Origin: a virus
Lineage: Duplodnaviria; Heunggongvirae; Uroviricota; Caudoviricetes
IMG/VR virus record: IMGVR_UViG_2585427757_000006
DNA length: 64,000 nt
Direction: 5' to 3' (one strand)
In this document: positions 31,139-40,596 of the stretch, one piece after another
How the letters are laid out: every line of letters starts with the position of its first letter
How positions within the stretch are numbered: the first letter of the stretch is position 1
Notes under the pieces: generated by a model
What the model saw: the letters and a program-made list of their open reading frames with translations, nothing else
What the model was told of the DNA's origin: nothing
The model's database searches: none
Translations under genes and position numbers: made by a program

Positions 31139-31915
31139 TTACCAACTTCCCCAGCTAATCATCTTGCGCTGATCGCTTTCTAAGCGATAGGGGACAAGAA
31201 GCTCTGTGACATGATTGGTGGCGTATGATTTAGCCTCTTGCTCTATCATCGGTAATTCGTTAGCAATCCTGACCATCTTCCCAGCAAACTCCGCCATTAC
31301 GCCATCACATGCCTTCCCAGCATCAATAACGATATGCACCAGATCCAACTGGCTTTTGCACATGTCGCAAAGAGACGCATACTCACTCTCTCTGATTACA
31401 TTTACGGCATCATTGGCCCCTTTATTAAGCAAGACTTCCAACAGGTTTGTCGGGGTAACGAAATCTGCTTTCAGAGATAATGTCTTTTCACCACTTATCG
31501 AACGCAAGTACTCTTCGTAGTTATTCTTCATCAAACCGCTGCTGCGCATTGCTAGAACTGCTTCTTGAATGGCCGCTTCAATAGTTTCGTCGTTTGAAAG
31601 ACAAAAAACGGTATTTGTGTAGATCACTCTGCCATCAAGCCATGCTCCAACCTGCACTTTAAGACTGAGCGGGTTTTCTTTGCTAATAAAAACAACTAAT
31701 GCAGAACGCCGTGCACAAGAAGGTTCGCCCCATACGTGTAACTCAACTTTCAGATAAGGCAACCCTGGTAGCGGGATCTCGTCCATACGAGCAGCGATAT
31801 GATTCATTGCTGTATTGACGGCCTTTCCAATGATGTCTAGTCGACTGCCCTCGCTGATTTCTAAACCTGTTTTATCAATGATGTCACAGGCCAATTTCTG
31901 AATTTCGTCTTTCAT
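31139..31915 (-). CDS. hypothetical protein (258 aa)
   Basis: ORF track; dyad motif ~40 bp upstream of start. Confidence 0.5.
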   Translation of the reverse strand: MKDEIQKLACDIIDKTGLEISEGSRLDIIGKAVNTAMNHIAARMDEIPLPGLPYLKVELHVWGEPSCARRSALVVFISKENPLSLKVQVGAWLDGRVIYTNTVFCLSNDETIEAAIQEAVLAMRSSGLMKNNYEEYLRSISGEKTLSLKADFVTPTNLLEVLLNKGANDAVNVIRESEYASLCDMCKSQLDLVHIVIDAGKACDGVMAEFAGKMVRIANELPMIEQEAKSYATNHVTELLVPYRLESDQRKMISWGSW

Positions 31916-32040
31916 ACCAACTCCTAGCTAACAGATGAAAGTATTCTTACAAAAAACTAAGTATGTATCTACTTATCATTTTAGGCGCAATAGTTCCCTA
32001 TACGAAGATGCCGGGCTTATAGTCTGCCCGGCATTCACCA

Positions 32041-32455
32041 TTAATGAGCTACAGCCTCACTGTTGCACATCTTTCTGTAGACCTGCTTATAACGCTGTAA
32101 GTCATGAGGATCATTAGGTGCCAACGACTTCGATAGGATTTTGTATACCACCCCTTTCGAAAACATGCCCTTTGGCTTCATTTCGAGTTCAACAACATAT
32201 GAGTGATAGCCCACGTATGCACCAAAGCCCATTTTTGGCGTTCAATTCTCCGCACACAAAGCCTGTCACACTCCCATCGTCATGATCAGTCCTGACAAAC
32301 TTATCTTTCCTAAACATCACCGACGTGGGATCTTTCATATCATCCGCAATTGCTTGTTGGCCCAGAGCAATAGCCTTCTCGTCTGTAGGCTTACACCCCA
32401 CTAAAGCAAACAAAGACAATAAAGCTCCTGTTAAAATCAGCTTATTTTTGCTCAT
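32041..32455 (-). pseudogene. lipoprotein gene apparently split by a frameshift at an A5 run near 32225
   Basis: N-terminal ORF 32189-32455 has lipobox LVGC; a second ORF (32041-32232) in another frame continues from the same point. Confidence 0.35.
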
Positions 32456-32688
32456 GTTGGCTTCCCTTTATTTATATTTATCGCAGGTATTAGTTAATCA
32501 AAACACGAGCAGTGCCACAATAATTAAATGGCGTACTATTTCTTATGGTTATTAGTTTCCTAGTAACTTTACCGACCATAAACTAAATCAACAAAGCTGA
32601 CATATTAACTAAATTTAAGTACCCTTTTTCGCACACTTGACGCTTGCCGCGTCTAAACTGTTCATCCTATATCAACAGAACAAAAAAT

Positions 32689-33834
32689 ATGAAATACATA
32701 AAATCTTCATCGTTGCTGGCATTAACTTTGCTTTTTAGCTCTGGATTCGTTAACGCAGACAATAAACAAACGCTGATAGAAGCCGCTACCGCAGGGGATA
32801 CCGCAGCACAAAGTGAGTTAGGGACAAATTATTTTGATGGTATCAATGGTTTTGATAAGGATGTAGTTGAGGCCAAGAAGTGGATTGATCTCGCTGCAGA
32901 AAAGGGAGACAAAGTAGCATATTATGCACTTGGGGTTATGTACACATTTGGCGAGGGTGTAGATAAAGACCTAAATAAAGCTGTTGAGTACTACAAACTT
33001 GCGGGGGATGCTCGTGAAGGTAGAGCCTACAACAATCTTGGTGCTATTTATCAAAAGGGGTTGCTTGGTAAAGTAGATCATGCACTCGCCATTAAATACT
33101 TCAAACTAGCCTCTGATGCCGGGTATGTTAAAGCAACTTCAGTTCTTGGGGCGTATTACCAATATGGTAAAGGCGTTAAAAAGAATTATAAAAAGGCTTT
33201 TACTTATTACAAAAAGGCGGCAGACCAAGGCAGTTCAGAAGCTATGATAGGATTAGGAATACTATACGATGATGGGTTAGGCGTTAAACGCAATGATGCA
33301 GAAGCAGTTAAGTGGTATAAAAAGGCAGCGGAACTTGGAAACGCCGACGCCATAACCAATCTTGGCATTATGTATGAGAATGGGGAAGGTGTAAAAAAGG
33401 ACTATAAAAAAGCAGCCGACCTTTATCAGACTGCTTGCGATAAAGGAGAAAAAAGAGGCTGCGATTACATTGCAGAACTGAAAGAAAGCGGCAAATATCG
33501 AGCGCCGGCTTCCAAAGCCAAAACAAAATCCGCCACCCAGCGACTTATTGCTAAATCCATTGATAAGGGCGTTAACGCTACATTTACCTGGCAGGGTGAT
33601 GATGCTACCTTCACCGCTAATGATGGCAAAGTTGACTGCACATTCCTGAAGGATTTTTCAGAGAAAGGAGGCAATCTGGCTACCTCGTTTGTTTGCACAG
33701 ATAACGTTCAAATCATCCTGAAGCAATTCAGAGATACCAAAAATGCCTACCTCGCGGTAATGACTGACAACTTCAATACTGAAGTTAAATCATTTTCGGT
33801 CAATGTGTATGTGACTAATACTGGTTCAAACTAA
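32689..33834 (+). CDS. secreted Sel1-like repeat protein (signal peptide plus ~8 Sel1 repeats plus ~100-aa C-terminal domain)
   Basis: Signal peptide MKYIKSSSLLALTLLFSSGFVNA; repeated A..WYKKAA..G...A...LG.MY..G.GV.KD units; plus strand, opposite to neighbours. Confidence 0.8.
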   Translation: MKYIKSSSLLALTLLFSSGFVNADNKQTLIEAATAGDTAAQSELGTNYFDGINGFDKDVVEAKKWIDLAAEKGDKVAYYALGVMYTFGEGVDKDLNKAVEYYKLAGDAREGRAYNNLGAIYQKGLLGKVDHALAIKYFKLASDAGYVKATSVLGAYYQYGKGVKKNYKKAFTYYKKAADQGSSEAMIGLGILYDDGLGVKRNDAEAVKWYKKAAELGNADAITNLGIMYENGEGVKKDYKKAADLYQTACDKGEKRGCDYIAELKESGKYRAPASKAKTKSATQRLIAKSIDKGVNATFTWQGDDATFTANDGKVDCTFLKDFSEKGGNLATSFVCTDNVQIILKQFRDTKNAYLAVMTDNFNTEVKSFSVNVYVTNTGSN

Positions 33835-35007
33835 TGCAGCTATGCCTTTTACCTTGCTTAAAAGTTCAAGCTGTCGTGAGTAAGGTTTTGCGCAATAGTA
33901 GGCTTTGATAATCTGCCCGGGGGTCGCATCGCCGGGGTCGAGTCCTTCCTCGCCCAAACATGCAATTTTCACATTAAGACCAATACTGCTCAGTCGCCTG
34001 GCTGCGGCCATAGTGTTGCGTATAGCCTGCTTTTCACTATCCCACATCATAATCACATTACGTAGCCCACGCGCCTTGAGCGTCAGGAACGCGCCCAGCT
34101 GATCTTCTGCATCCTGAGTGGTGTTACCAGATAGATGCATCCCGAACGTTCCTATTGGTTCCACGTAATCACGTAATGTTTCTTCGTCAAAAATAGCTCG
34201 TTTGACCCCCATAACATCGAACGCCCCCTCACAGACAACTACAGTCTGTTTGCCGACTGCATTATGGCCGTTGTAGAGAAACCTACCTGAAGCTGGAAGC
34301 TGCATAGGAAAGAGGTAGCGACGTTCTGCTGCACCGGTAATGTCACGCCCCTGGAAGGTCTTCATCACGCCATCCAGATCGTAAACCGGTATCAGGATGC
34401 GCATATCAAACACCTGCCCTTTGACCTGGTCTGTGTACGGATCGACGTATGCGTGCTTGCCTTCGACGCAGTAACGCAGATCAAAGTATTTGGCCAGATC
34501 CGGGGAGATATGGCGCTCCACCAGATAATCAGGAAGACGACCGTCAATGGGGAGTTCGTAATGTCGAGGGAGAGCTACTGGCCCTTCGAGTTCAACCTTG
34601 CTGGCCAGCACGACCTCTTCCTTCTTCGGCGCCCATCCTTGTGAGATCAGCGCGTTCTGCACATATTCCTCGAACTGTCGTCGTGATTTACCGCTGTAGT
34701 GCTTGAGGAAGACCAGCTTATTGAACTGAATCTCTTCGGGATGATCACCAGCAAAGCATTTGCCGACGCCACTGGTCAGATTGAAATATACCTTCCAGTT
34801 GGAGCTGCCACATACCGGACACTCCTTGATATTCACTTCACGACCGCGAGCACTCACGCCTCCACGTCGATAAACGATACCTTCAGTGTCCAACCATTGT
34901 TCAAAATCTAATTCGGTAATTAGCTCTTTCAGCTCGCTCACGATAATTCCACTTTTAATAGGCAATATTGTGACCAACCTAAATGTTGATATAATATAAA
35001 GGTTCAT
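33826..35007 (-). CDS. DNA primase (zinc-binding plus TOPRIM domain)
   Basis: Zinc motif CPVCGSSNWKVYFNLTSGVGKCFAGDH; TOPRIM VVVCEGAFDVMG; start uncertain (ATG 35007 or GTG ~34944; ORF track 35079). Confidence 0.8.
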   Translation of the reverse strand: MNLYIISTFRLVTILPIKSGIIVSELKELITELDFEQWLDTEGIVYRRGGVSARGREVNIKECPVCGSSNWKVYFNLTSGVGKCFAGDHPEEIQFNKLVFLKHYSGKSRRQFEEYVQNALISQGWAPKKEEVVLASKVELEGPVALPRHYELPIDGRLPDYLVERHISPDLAKYFDLRYCVEGKHAYVDPYTDQVKGQVFDMRILIPVYDLDGVMKTFQGRDITGAAERRYLFPMQLPASGRFLYNGHNAVGKQTVVVCEGAFDVMGVKRAIFDEETLRDYVEPIGTFGMHLSGNTTQDAEDQLGAFLTLKARGLRNVIMMWDSEKQAIRNTMAAARRLSSIGLNVKIACLGEEGLDPGDATPGQIIKAYYCAKPYSRQLELLSKVKGIAALV

Positions 35008-35088
35008 GTGTTTTTCTTTTGTGGTTTGGCAAAAGAAAAGTTGTTTCACCAATGAATCAAGCGTGGAGGTGTTCTCCACGCTTATTTT

Positions 35089-36429
35089 TTAGGTAACGTC
35101 TAAGATTCGCTCAATGAAGCGCATTTGTTCGAGGTTTTGTTTAACGCGAATGCTGACCCCTCCCTGCTGGTTACGAGAACCAGCAAAGTAGAGACGAGCC
35201 TCTCCTTTCGCTTCTTCTTCTTCGGTTTTGTTGATCGTTATTACCAGGTCAGCAATACGTACTTTTTCGATGTTGTCGGCGGCGTGCATCATTGTGGCAA
35301 CTTCTGACGCGCCACCTTCACGGTTTGTCTGCGATGCCGTGATCCCAGCAACGTTATGCTTGTCATAAAGAGCACGTAAATCGGTGTAGATACTACGAAT
35401 GTTAGCGCGATCATCACGAAGGTCATAACTGGCACGCATCAAATCTGCGTAGTCGACAACAACCATATCAGGCACCATGCCATTGGCTTTCATGCTGTTA
35501 AGCATACGGTCCAGATCTGCCGGTGACATACTTCCTGACGGACGCTCAACAACCCACAAACTACCAATCCCCTTCGTGGCTCCCAACTCTGCCAACTTAC
35601 GATGAACCTCATCGCGCCGTTCAACCAGCTTGGACATTTCCGTCTCCGACAATCTTGCATCAAAACGGTCGGATAAAATGGTGGTGTGAACCTCCAGCGA
35701 GAGATACAGAACATTGTAGCCAGCAAGCGTTGCGTTTATGGAAAACTCACCCATTGCGGTCGATTTACCGGATTTAGCGAACCCCATGAAGAGCACCATT
35801 TCACGCTTCGCCCAGCCTTTTTGGTACAGCAACCTATCGAGCAGAGGGAGTCCAGTTGTAATGCTGTTTGGCACATACTCCTCTGAAGCCTCATATTCAC
35901 GCGCTTTCAATCGCTCACTTGCGGAGGTGTAGTAGTCATAGATTCCGGTCGCTTCGTTCGATCCAATCTGCTGAACCTTGGCCATGATTGCCATCGCCCC
36001 CTGAAAGTCGCCCTTCTCTTTCAGTTCAGCAGCCTTAATCAGAGCATCATCAAACGCTACGCTTTTTGCGAAGGTTGATACCTGGTCAACCATGTACGAG
36101 GTATCGGACAATTTTTCTGCAAGGATGCGCTTAAACGCAGCAACAACATCGGCGAATAGTTCCTCACGGATGGTCTTATCGCGTTTAGCACGTTTAAGCA
36201 TATCCAGAATCGCAGATGAAGAAGGCGCGCTCTTGTACATACGGTAATAGCCCGAAACCATATTAACCAATATGGCATTGGCCGCATTGGCAAATTGGCT
36301 AGGCACAACCAGATCTCCCGCACGAGTAAGAAACTCGTGATCACGACAAAAATATGCCGTCAGTCTGTTCTGGAAATCTTCATCAAACTCTTCGGACAGC
36401 CCGCGTCCTGTATGGCAAAGTTCGGTCAT
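35089..36429 (-). CDS. replicative DNA helicase (DnaB-like)
   Basis: RecA-fold C-terminal domain with Walker A MGFAKSGKSTAMG and Walker B region MVVVDYADLM. Confidence 0.85.
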   Translation of the reverse strand: MTELCHTGRGLSEEFDEDFQNRLTAYFCRDHEFLTRAGDLVVPSQFANAANAILVNMVSGYYRMYKSAPSSSAILDMLKRAKRDKTIREELFADVVAAFKRILAEKLSDTSYMVDQVSTFAKSVAFDDALIKAAELKEKGDFQGAMAIMAKVQQIGSNEATGIYDYYTSASERLKAREYEASEEYVPNSITTGLPLLDRLLYQKGWAKREMVLFMGFAKSGKSTAMGEFSINATLAGYNVLYLSLEVHTTILSDRFDARLSETEMSKLVERRDEVHRKLAELGATKGIGSLWVVERPSGSMSPADLDRMLNSMKANGMVPDMVVVDYADLMRASYDLRDDRANIRSIYTDLRALYDKHNVAGITASQTNREGGASEVATMMHAADNIEKVRIADLVITINKTEEEEAKGEARLYFAGSRNQQGGVSIRVKQNLEQMRFIERILDVT

Positions 36430-36472
36430 GTGCTTTCCTTTGTTTTTTAAACAAATTGTTTTCTAGTATTAG

Positions 36473-37213
36473 TTAATTAGATAGGGGATCAATAAACCGC
36501 CGTGCTTCTTCCAGTTCTTCTGGAAAGTGGGCGGAAATAAGGCGCTCTGGAACGATTTCCATTAGCCAGATAGCGGAGAAAATTGCGCGTATGCGCTTGC
36601 TGCGAGGGATGGTGCGCAAACGCTCCAGAATCCACTCAAAATAGCTTTCCTGAATCGGGTTGAACTGCATGTCTCCCATATGCTTAAAGCTAACAAGAGA
36701 GTCATCCAGACGGGTTGTTGCGCGTCTGGCTAATTTCTCTTCAAATATCTCAATCAGTTCTGGCTGCCACAAATGCTGTGGGCGCGGCAGCTTGTCCCAC
36801 AGCCGTCGTGCAGCTGCGGAAAGAACGGTGGAGATAAAGTAGTCGTATGAGCAGCAATAGCGATCCGCAAACTGGCGTGCTTTCCATAGCGACGTTTTAT
36901 TGGCAGTCGACAACTCCTGATAAGGCAGGCGTTTTAACCCGGTGGTGAACGGAGCTGTTTCAAAGTGTTCGCGACCGTGCGTCAGCATGATATTTGAGTA
37001 CTGACGTTTGTATGCCTCCGTAAAAAGGCAGGTGGCCATGAGAGGATGCATGTCGCGGTAATCAAACCACTTCGTCTCGAAGAGTTCAGCCTCGTCTTTG
37101 CAGCGCGACAAACCAATGTTTTCAGCAACCCACTTGTCCATAACAGCGGTATTCCACTCTGTCATGAAGTCGTACTGGTTGTTGTCGATGGTATCGAAAA
37201 AGATTTGGCTCAT
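36473..37213 (-). CDS. hypothetical protein (~246 aa) immediately upstream of helicase
   Basis: ORF track; likely ATG at 37213 with AGGTGA Shine-Dalgarno; dyad motif just upstream. Confidence 0.5.
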   Translation of the reverse strand: MSQIFFDTIDNNQYDFMTEWNTAVMDKWVAENIGLSRCKDEAELFETKWFDYRDMHPLMATCLFTEAYKRQYSNIMLTHGREHFETAPFTTGLKRLPYQELSTANKTSLWKARQFADRYCCSYDYFISTVLSAAARRLWDKLPRPQHLWQPELIEIFEEKLARRATTRLDDSLVSFKHMGDMQFNPIQESYFEWILERLRTIPRSKRIRAIFSAIWLMEIVPERLISAHFPEELEEARRFIDPLSN

Positions 37214-37327
37214 GTGGCTCACCTGGTAGGTAGTTACTTACTTATCACAATGAGCGGATGATAGCGACTGGTGGCAGTTTTTGGAAGTGGAAACAGAAGG
37301 GAGTTGTTCTGGTGGGTGTCTTTAAAA

Positions 37328-37382
37328 GACCTGCTTCCGTATATATATATACTAAGATACTTATTATATACGGAAGCAGGTC
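37328..37382. terminator. 18-bp perfect inverted repeat hairpin (GACCTGCTTCCGTATATA / TATATACGGAAGCAGGTC), 19-nt loop
   Basis: Lies 23 nt downstream of the DUF2971-like gene stop; loop contains a TAAGATACTTAT dyad-like core. Confidence 0.6.
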
Positions 37383-37404
37383 ATAATTGTTGATACTACC
37401 AATA

Positions 37405-38160
37405 CTAGTATCCAAGAAAATCAGTATCTTTCTCTAATCTTATTTTTTCCAGCTTATACGATCCTGGAGGGCACTTCATTTTGTAGATTTCGATACCTGA
37501 ATCAAATAGTTGATGAACATAATTTTGAAGTTGACTGCTAGCCTTACAACCTATTGTTATTTCCTTAATTAAGGATTTATCAAATAATTTCACGCCACAA
37601 TTCTCGGTTACGATTCTAACCTCCTCTTCATATTCCCAGACATCGCTTTTATTTAGGCAAAGAGCCGCTGCAATCTCTTTAGCTGAGTCGGTAAAAAAAT
37701 TTACAACCGGAACATCAGAGGAATATTTGACCTCACCGCGAACAAAAAAAACATCATCAAACGCATTTATAAAACCATCATCAAATCCGATGCAAAAACC
37801 AGAGTGAGAATGCGCATAATGCGACCACATAAGATAATTATCTGGTCTTTTTGTCAAACAAATAACTCCCCGACACTGCAGAAAAGTTGTTCTAATCATA
37901 TAGTTATCAAAACTGCGACTATGTTCTGTTTGACTCAATAACCAGCGTTCAAATTCATCATTGTGATGATTAGGCCAAAGCTCAAAAAATCTTTTCTTAA
38001 TGGCGTCTATATCAGCATCATAATCAAAATTAACTTTAAACTCGGCAGGATCGTTGAAATCATTCGGACGAGTTGCTCGAATTTTCCCATCTTCTAAGTA
38101 ATACTTTAAATACTTTATTGTGTCTTCCGGGACGCTACTTCCAACATATTTGTAAAGCAT
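37405..38160 (-). CDS. DUF2971-like protein (~251 aa), AT-rich cargo gene
   Basis: FNDPAEF and LMWSHYAHSHSGFCIGF match what I recall as DUF2971 hallmarks; likely start MLYKY at 38160; flanked by strong hairpins. Confidence 0.5.
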   Translation of the reverse strand: MLYKYVGSSVPEDTIKYLKYYLEDGKIRATRPNDFNDPAEFKVNFDYDADIDAIKKRFFELWPNHHNDEFERWLLSQTEHSRSFDNYMIRTTFLQCRGVICLTKRPDNYLMWSHYAHSHSGFCIGFDDGFINAFDDVFFVRGEVKYSSDVPVVNFFTDSAKEIAAALCLNKSDVWEYEEEVRIVTENCGVKLFDKSLIKEITIGCKASSQLQNYVHQLFDSGIEIYKMKCPPGSYKLEKIRLEKDTDFLGY

Positions 38161-38174
38161 AAATATACCTTTTA

Positions 38175-38202
38175 AGAGAAGGCGTCTAATCACGCCTTCT
38201 CT
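38175..38202. terminator. hairpin AGAGAAGGCGT-ctaatc-ACGCCTTCTCT
   Basis: 11-bp perfect stem directly after the parG-like stop. Confidence 0.55.
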
Positions 38203-38204
38203 TA

Positions 38205-38564
38205 TCAACCTTTCTTCATCAACTCTCGTTTAATTTCATCGGTACGCATCGTGACATCGGCAGCTGTGATTGCCTCGTTAAGTTTCACGATGTCCTCGAT
38301 TTCCTGCGGTGACTTCTCTGCCAGATGGAAAATGGCTGCGCGAATCACGTCAGAACGGGTGAATTTCTCGAAGCGAGGGATGAACTTCATCATCTCCAGC
38401 AGTTCGAAGTATTCGTCCTCCAGTGACATTGTGCGGCTTTTAATTTTCTCTTTGCCACGAGTCGGGCGTCCCTGTGGTCTGACTGGTTGGCGCAAAGGAG
38501 TTGTGTTCTTAGCCGGTGCATCAGGCTCTTTGCGCTTTGCTAGGTCACCCATTTTCATGGACAT
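38205..38564 (-). CDS. ParG-like small partition protein (putative ribbon-helix-helix centromere binder)
   Basis: 119 aa, basic N-terminal tail; start overlaps the ParA stop. Confidence 0.5.
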   Translation of the reverse strand: MSMKMGDLAKRKEPDAPAKNTTPLRQPVRPQGRPTRGKEKIKSRTMSLEDEYFELLEMMKFIPRFEKFTRSDVIRAAIFHLAEKSPQEIEDIVKLNEAITAADVTMRTDEIKRELMKKG

Positions 38565-39232
38565 TATTCTTCTTCCTCCAGACTCAACAGATAATCTACA
38601 AATTCTTCAAACTCGGCTTCCGCCTTTTTGTCGCGCTCGCTACCGGTCATTTCAAAGATAGAACGACCAGACTCTTCCGCATCATCATAGACGTTGCGGT
38701 TATATAGATTGACTGGCGCAGACTCGATTCCAAACGTCTCAACAATCTCTTTAGCCGCCAGAATGCGAGACACTTGTGATGGCAAAGCCGGGCACTGGTT
38801 CATGACCGCGCGGACCTTCACTTTATCGTTTACATTGCGAACATTGTCGATAATAGGATCGATGTCACGCAGAGATTTCAAATCACGACGCTTAGGACGA
38901 AGCGGGATAATGATAACGTCGGCCATCAGCATCGCTTGTCGCTGAATTTCGGAGTCGAAGCCACCAGCATCTACCACTACAAACTCAGCTCTACCCTGAA
39001 GCGATTTTAGGTGCTTAATGATGTCATCCTGAACGTATGCAAAAGGAATCAGCTCAAGGTCTTCGTTCTGTCGACGGTCTTCACACCAGCTCGTTGTCGT
39101 GCGCTGAATATCTATATCGGTAATATAAACCTTCTTCTTCTTTTTGACTTTCAGGCAAACGGCAATTTGCTGGGCAACGGTGGATTTGCCAGGCCCGCCC
39201 TTTGTGCCGCCAACCACAAAGATCTTGGTCAT
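38564..39232 (-). CDS. parA: ParA-family partition ATPase (small type)
   Basis: Deviant Walker A GGTKGGPGKSTVA; 222 aa with no N-terminal HTH. Confidence 0.85.
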   Translation of the reverse strand: MTKIFVVGGTKGGPGKSTVAQQIAVCLKVKKKKKVYITDIDIQRTTTSWCEDRRQNEDLELIPFAYVQDDIIKHLKSLQGRAEFVVVDAGGFDSEIQRQAMLMADVIIIPLRPKRRDLKSLRDIDPIIDNVRNVNDKVKVRAVMNQCPALPSQVSRILAAKEIVETFGIESAPVNLYNRNVYDDAEESGRSIFEMTGSERDKKAEAEFEEFVDYLLSLEEEE

Positions 39233-39550
39233 TGGAGAGTTCCCTTTGCGTATATAATTATCGTCTGAAACAACTTGTTTTCTTATATGTGATATAGCCT
39301 AAATGCCTACGGCTGCGGTGTAAAGGTTAAATGGTAGGTTGTGATTAACAATTGGCAAACATAGCTTGTATTTGTCTGTTGAAAAAAGTAACAATGACCT
39401 CTATATTACAAGTACGGTGATATGCCGTACACAATTTGATAATGCACACGTAATGGGCTATAGCCTTTTAAAGTAATTTTTGAGTCGAAAACTCAGTTTG
39501 AACAGAGGAGATTGATGGCCTTCCTACATCACGGCCATCAGGAGGAATAC

Positions 39551-39820
39551 ATGTCAGCACTAAAAAAGCAGCGCATCGATTTGAGATTAACCGATGACGA
39601 TAAAAGCATCATCGAGGAAGCTGCCGCAATGTCTAACCAGAGCATTACTCAGTTTATGGTTAGCAGTGCATCTGAACGTGCCGTGAAAGTTATAGAGCAA
39701 CACCGTAGACTAGTTCTGAATGAAGAATCCTGGAATCTGGTTATGGACGCTATAAGCAATCCTCCGGCACCGAACGACAAGCTGAAACGAGCTGCTGATC
39801 GTCTGAAAAGCATGGAGTAG
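39551..39820 (+). CDS. TacA-like (DUF1778) ribbon-helix-helix antitoxin
   Basis: AGGAGG Shine-Dalgarno before the ATG at 39551; C-terminal NPPAPNDKL as in DUF1778 antitoxins; immediately upstream of a GNAT gene. Confidence 0.7.
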   Translation: MSALKKQRIDLRLTDDDKSIIEEAAAMSNQSITQFMVSSASERAVKVIEQHRRLVLNEESWNLVMDAISNPPAPNDKLKRAADRLKSME

Positions 39821-39827
39821 TTTACTC

Positions 39828-40349
39828 GTGGATAATATAAAGATAGAAATTTTCTCTGGAGAGAAAGATTATGATTTGAATGGTTTTGATTGCGGTGAAG
39901 AATCACTAAATGCCTTTTTAACCAACCACTTAAAAAGGCAGCATGAGGGAAAAATTCTTCGCGCTTATGTGCTTTGCACGAAAGAAGGCAGACCAAAAGT
40001 GTTAGGGTATTACACTTTGTCAGGTAGCTGCTTTGAAAAGGAGTCCTTACCTTCAAGAAGCCAGCAAAAGAAGGTACCTTATCGGAATGTTCCAAGTGTT
40101 ACTTTGGGTAGGCTGGCTTTGGACAAGTCCCTTCAAGGTCAAGGATTTGGCTCAATGCTTGTAACACATGCAATGCGCGTTGTGTACAATGCATCTCTTG
40201 CTGTAGGCATTCATGGACTTTTCGTTGAGGCGTTAAATGACAAAGCCAAGGCGTTTTATAAAAGTTTAGACTTTATCCAGCTGGTTGGTAACAACGAGCG
40301 TTCTTTGTTCTATCCTACAAAATCTATCGAAAAATTGTTCGAAGAATAA
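39828..40349 (+). CDS. GNAT-family acetyltransferase toxin (TacT/AtaT-like)
   Basis: Acetyl-CoA binding motif GRLALDKSLQGQGFGSMLV; 173 aa; GTG start 8 nt after antitoxin stop. Confidence 0.75.
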   Translation: MDNIKIEIFSGEKDYDLNGFDCGEESLNAFLTNHLKRQHEGKILRAYVLCTKEGRPKVLGYYTLSGSCFEKESLPSRSQQKKVPYRNVPSVTLGRLALDKSLQGQGFGSMLVTHAMRVVYNASLAVGIHGLFVEALNDKAKAFYKSLDFIQLVGNNERSLFYPTKSIEKLFEE

Positions 40350-40380
40350 TGTACTCCCCTCAAGTGAGGGGAACTTCGCA

Positions 40381-40596
40381 TCACCAACCGCAAACTCTCT
40401 CTCCCATCGTATTGTGAAAAAGGATTTGGCGTTCGGTTTCTTCGGTCATCACATCATTATTGCTGATATAGATAGGCCCAGCTCCATCGCAGAACAATAC
40501 GCTGGCGGTTTGTGGTTTAATGACGCACCCACTTATCATACAACTCACGATGAACGGCAGAAGCATCTTTCTGACGTATTTTATTGCTCGTCTCAT
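40381..40596 (-). CDS. outer-membrane spanin lipoprotein (Rz1-like), overlapping the i-spanin gene in another frame
   Basis: Lipobox MISGC; ~80 bp overlap with the i-spanin ORF. Confidence 0.5.
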   Translation of the reverse strand: MRRAIKYVRKMLLPFIVSCMISGCVIKPQTASVLFCDGAGPIYISNNDVMTEETERQILFHNTMGERVCGW

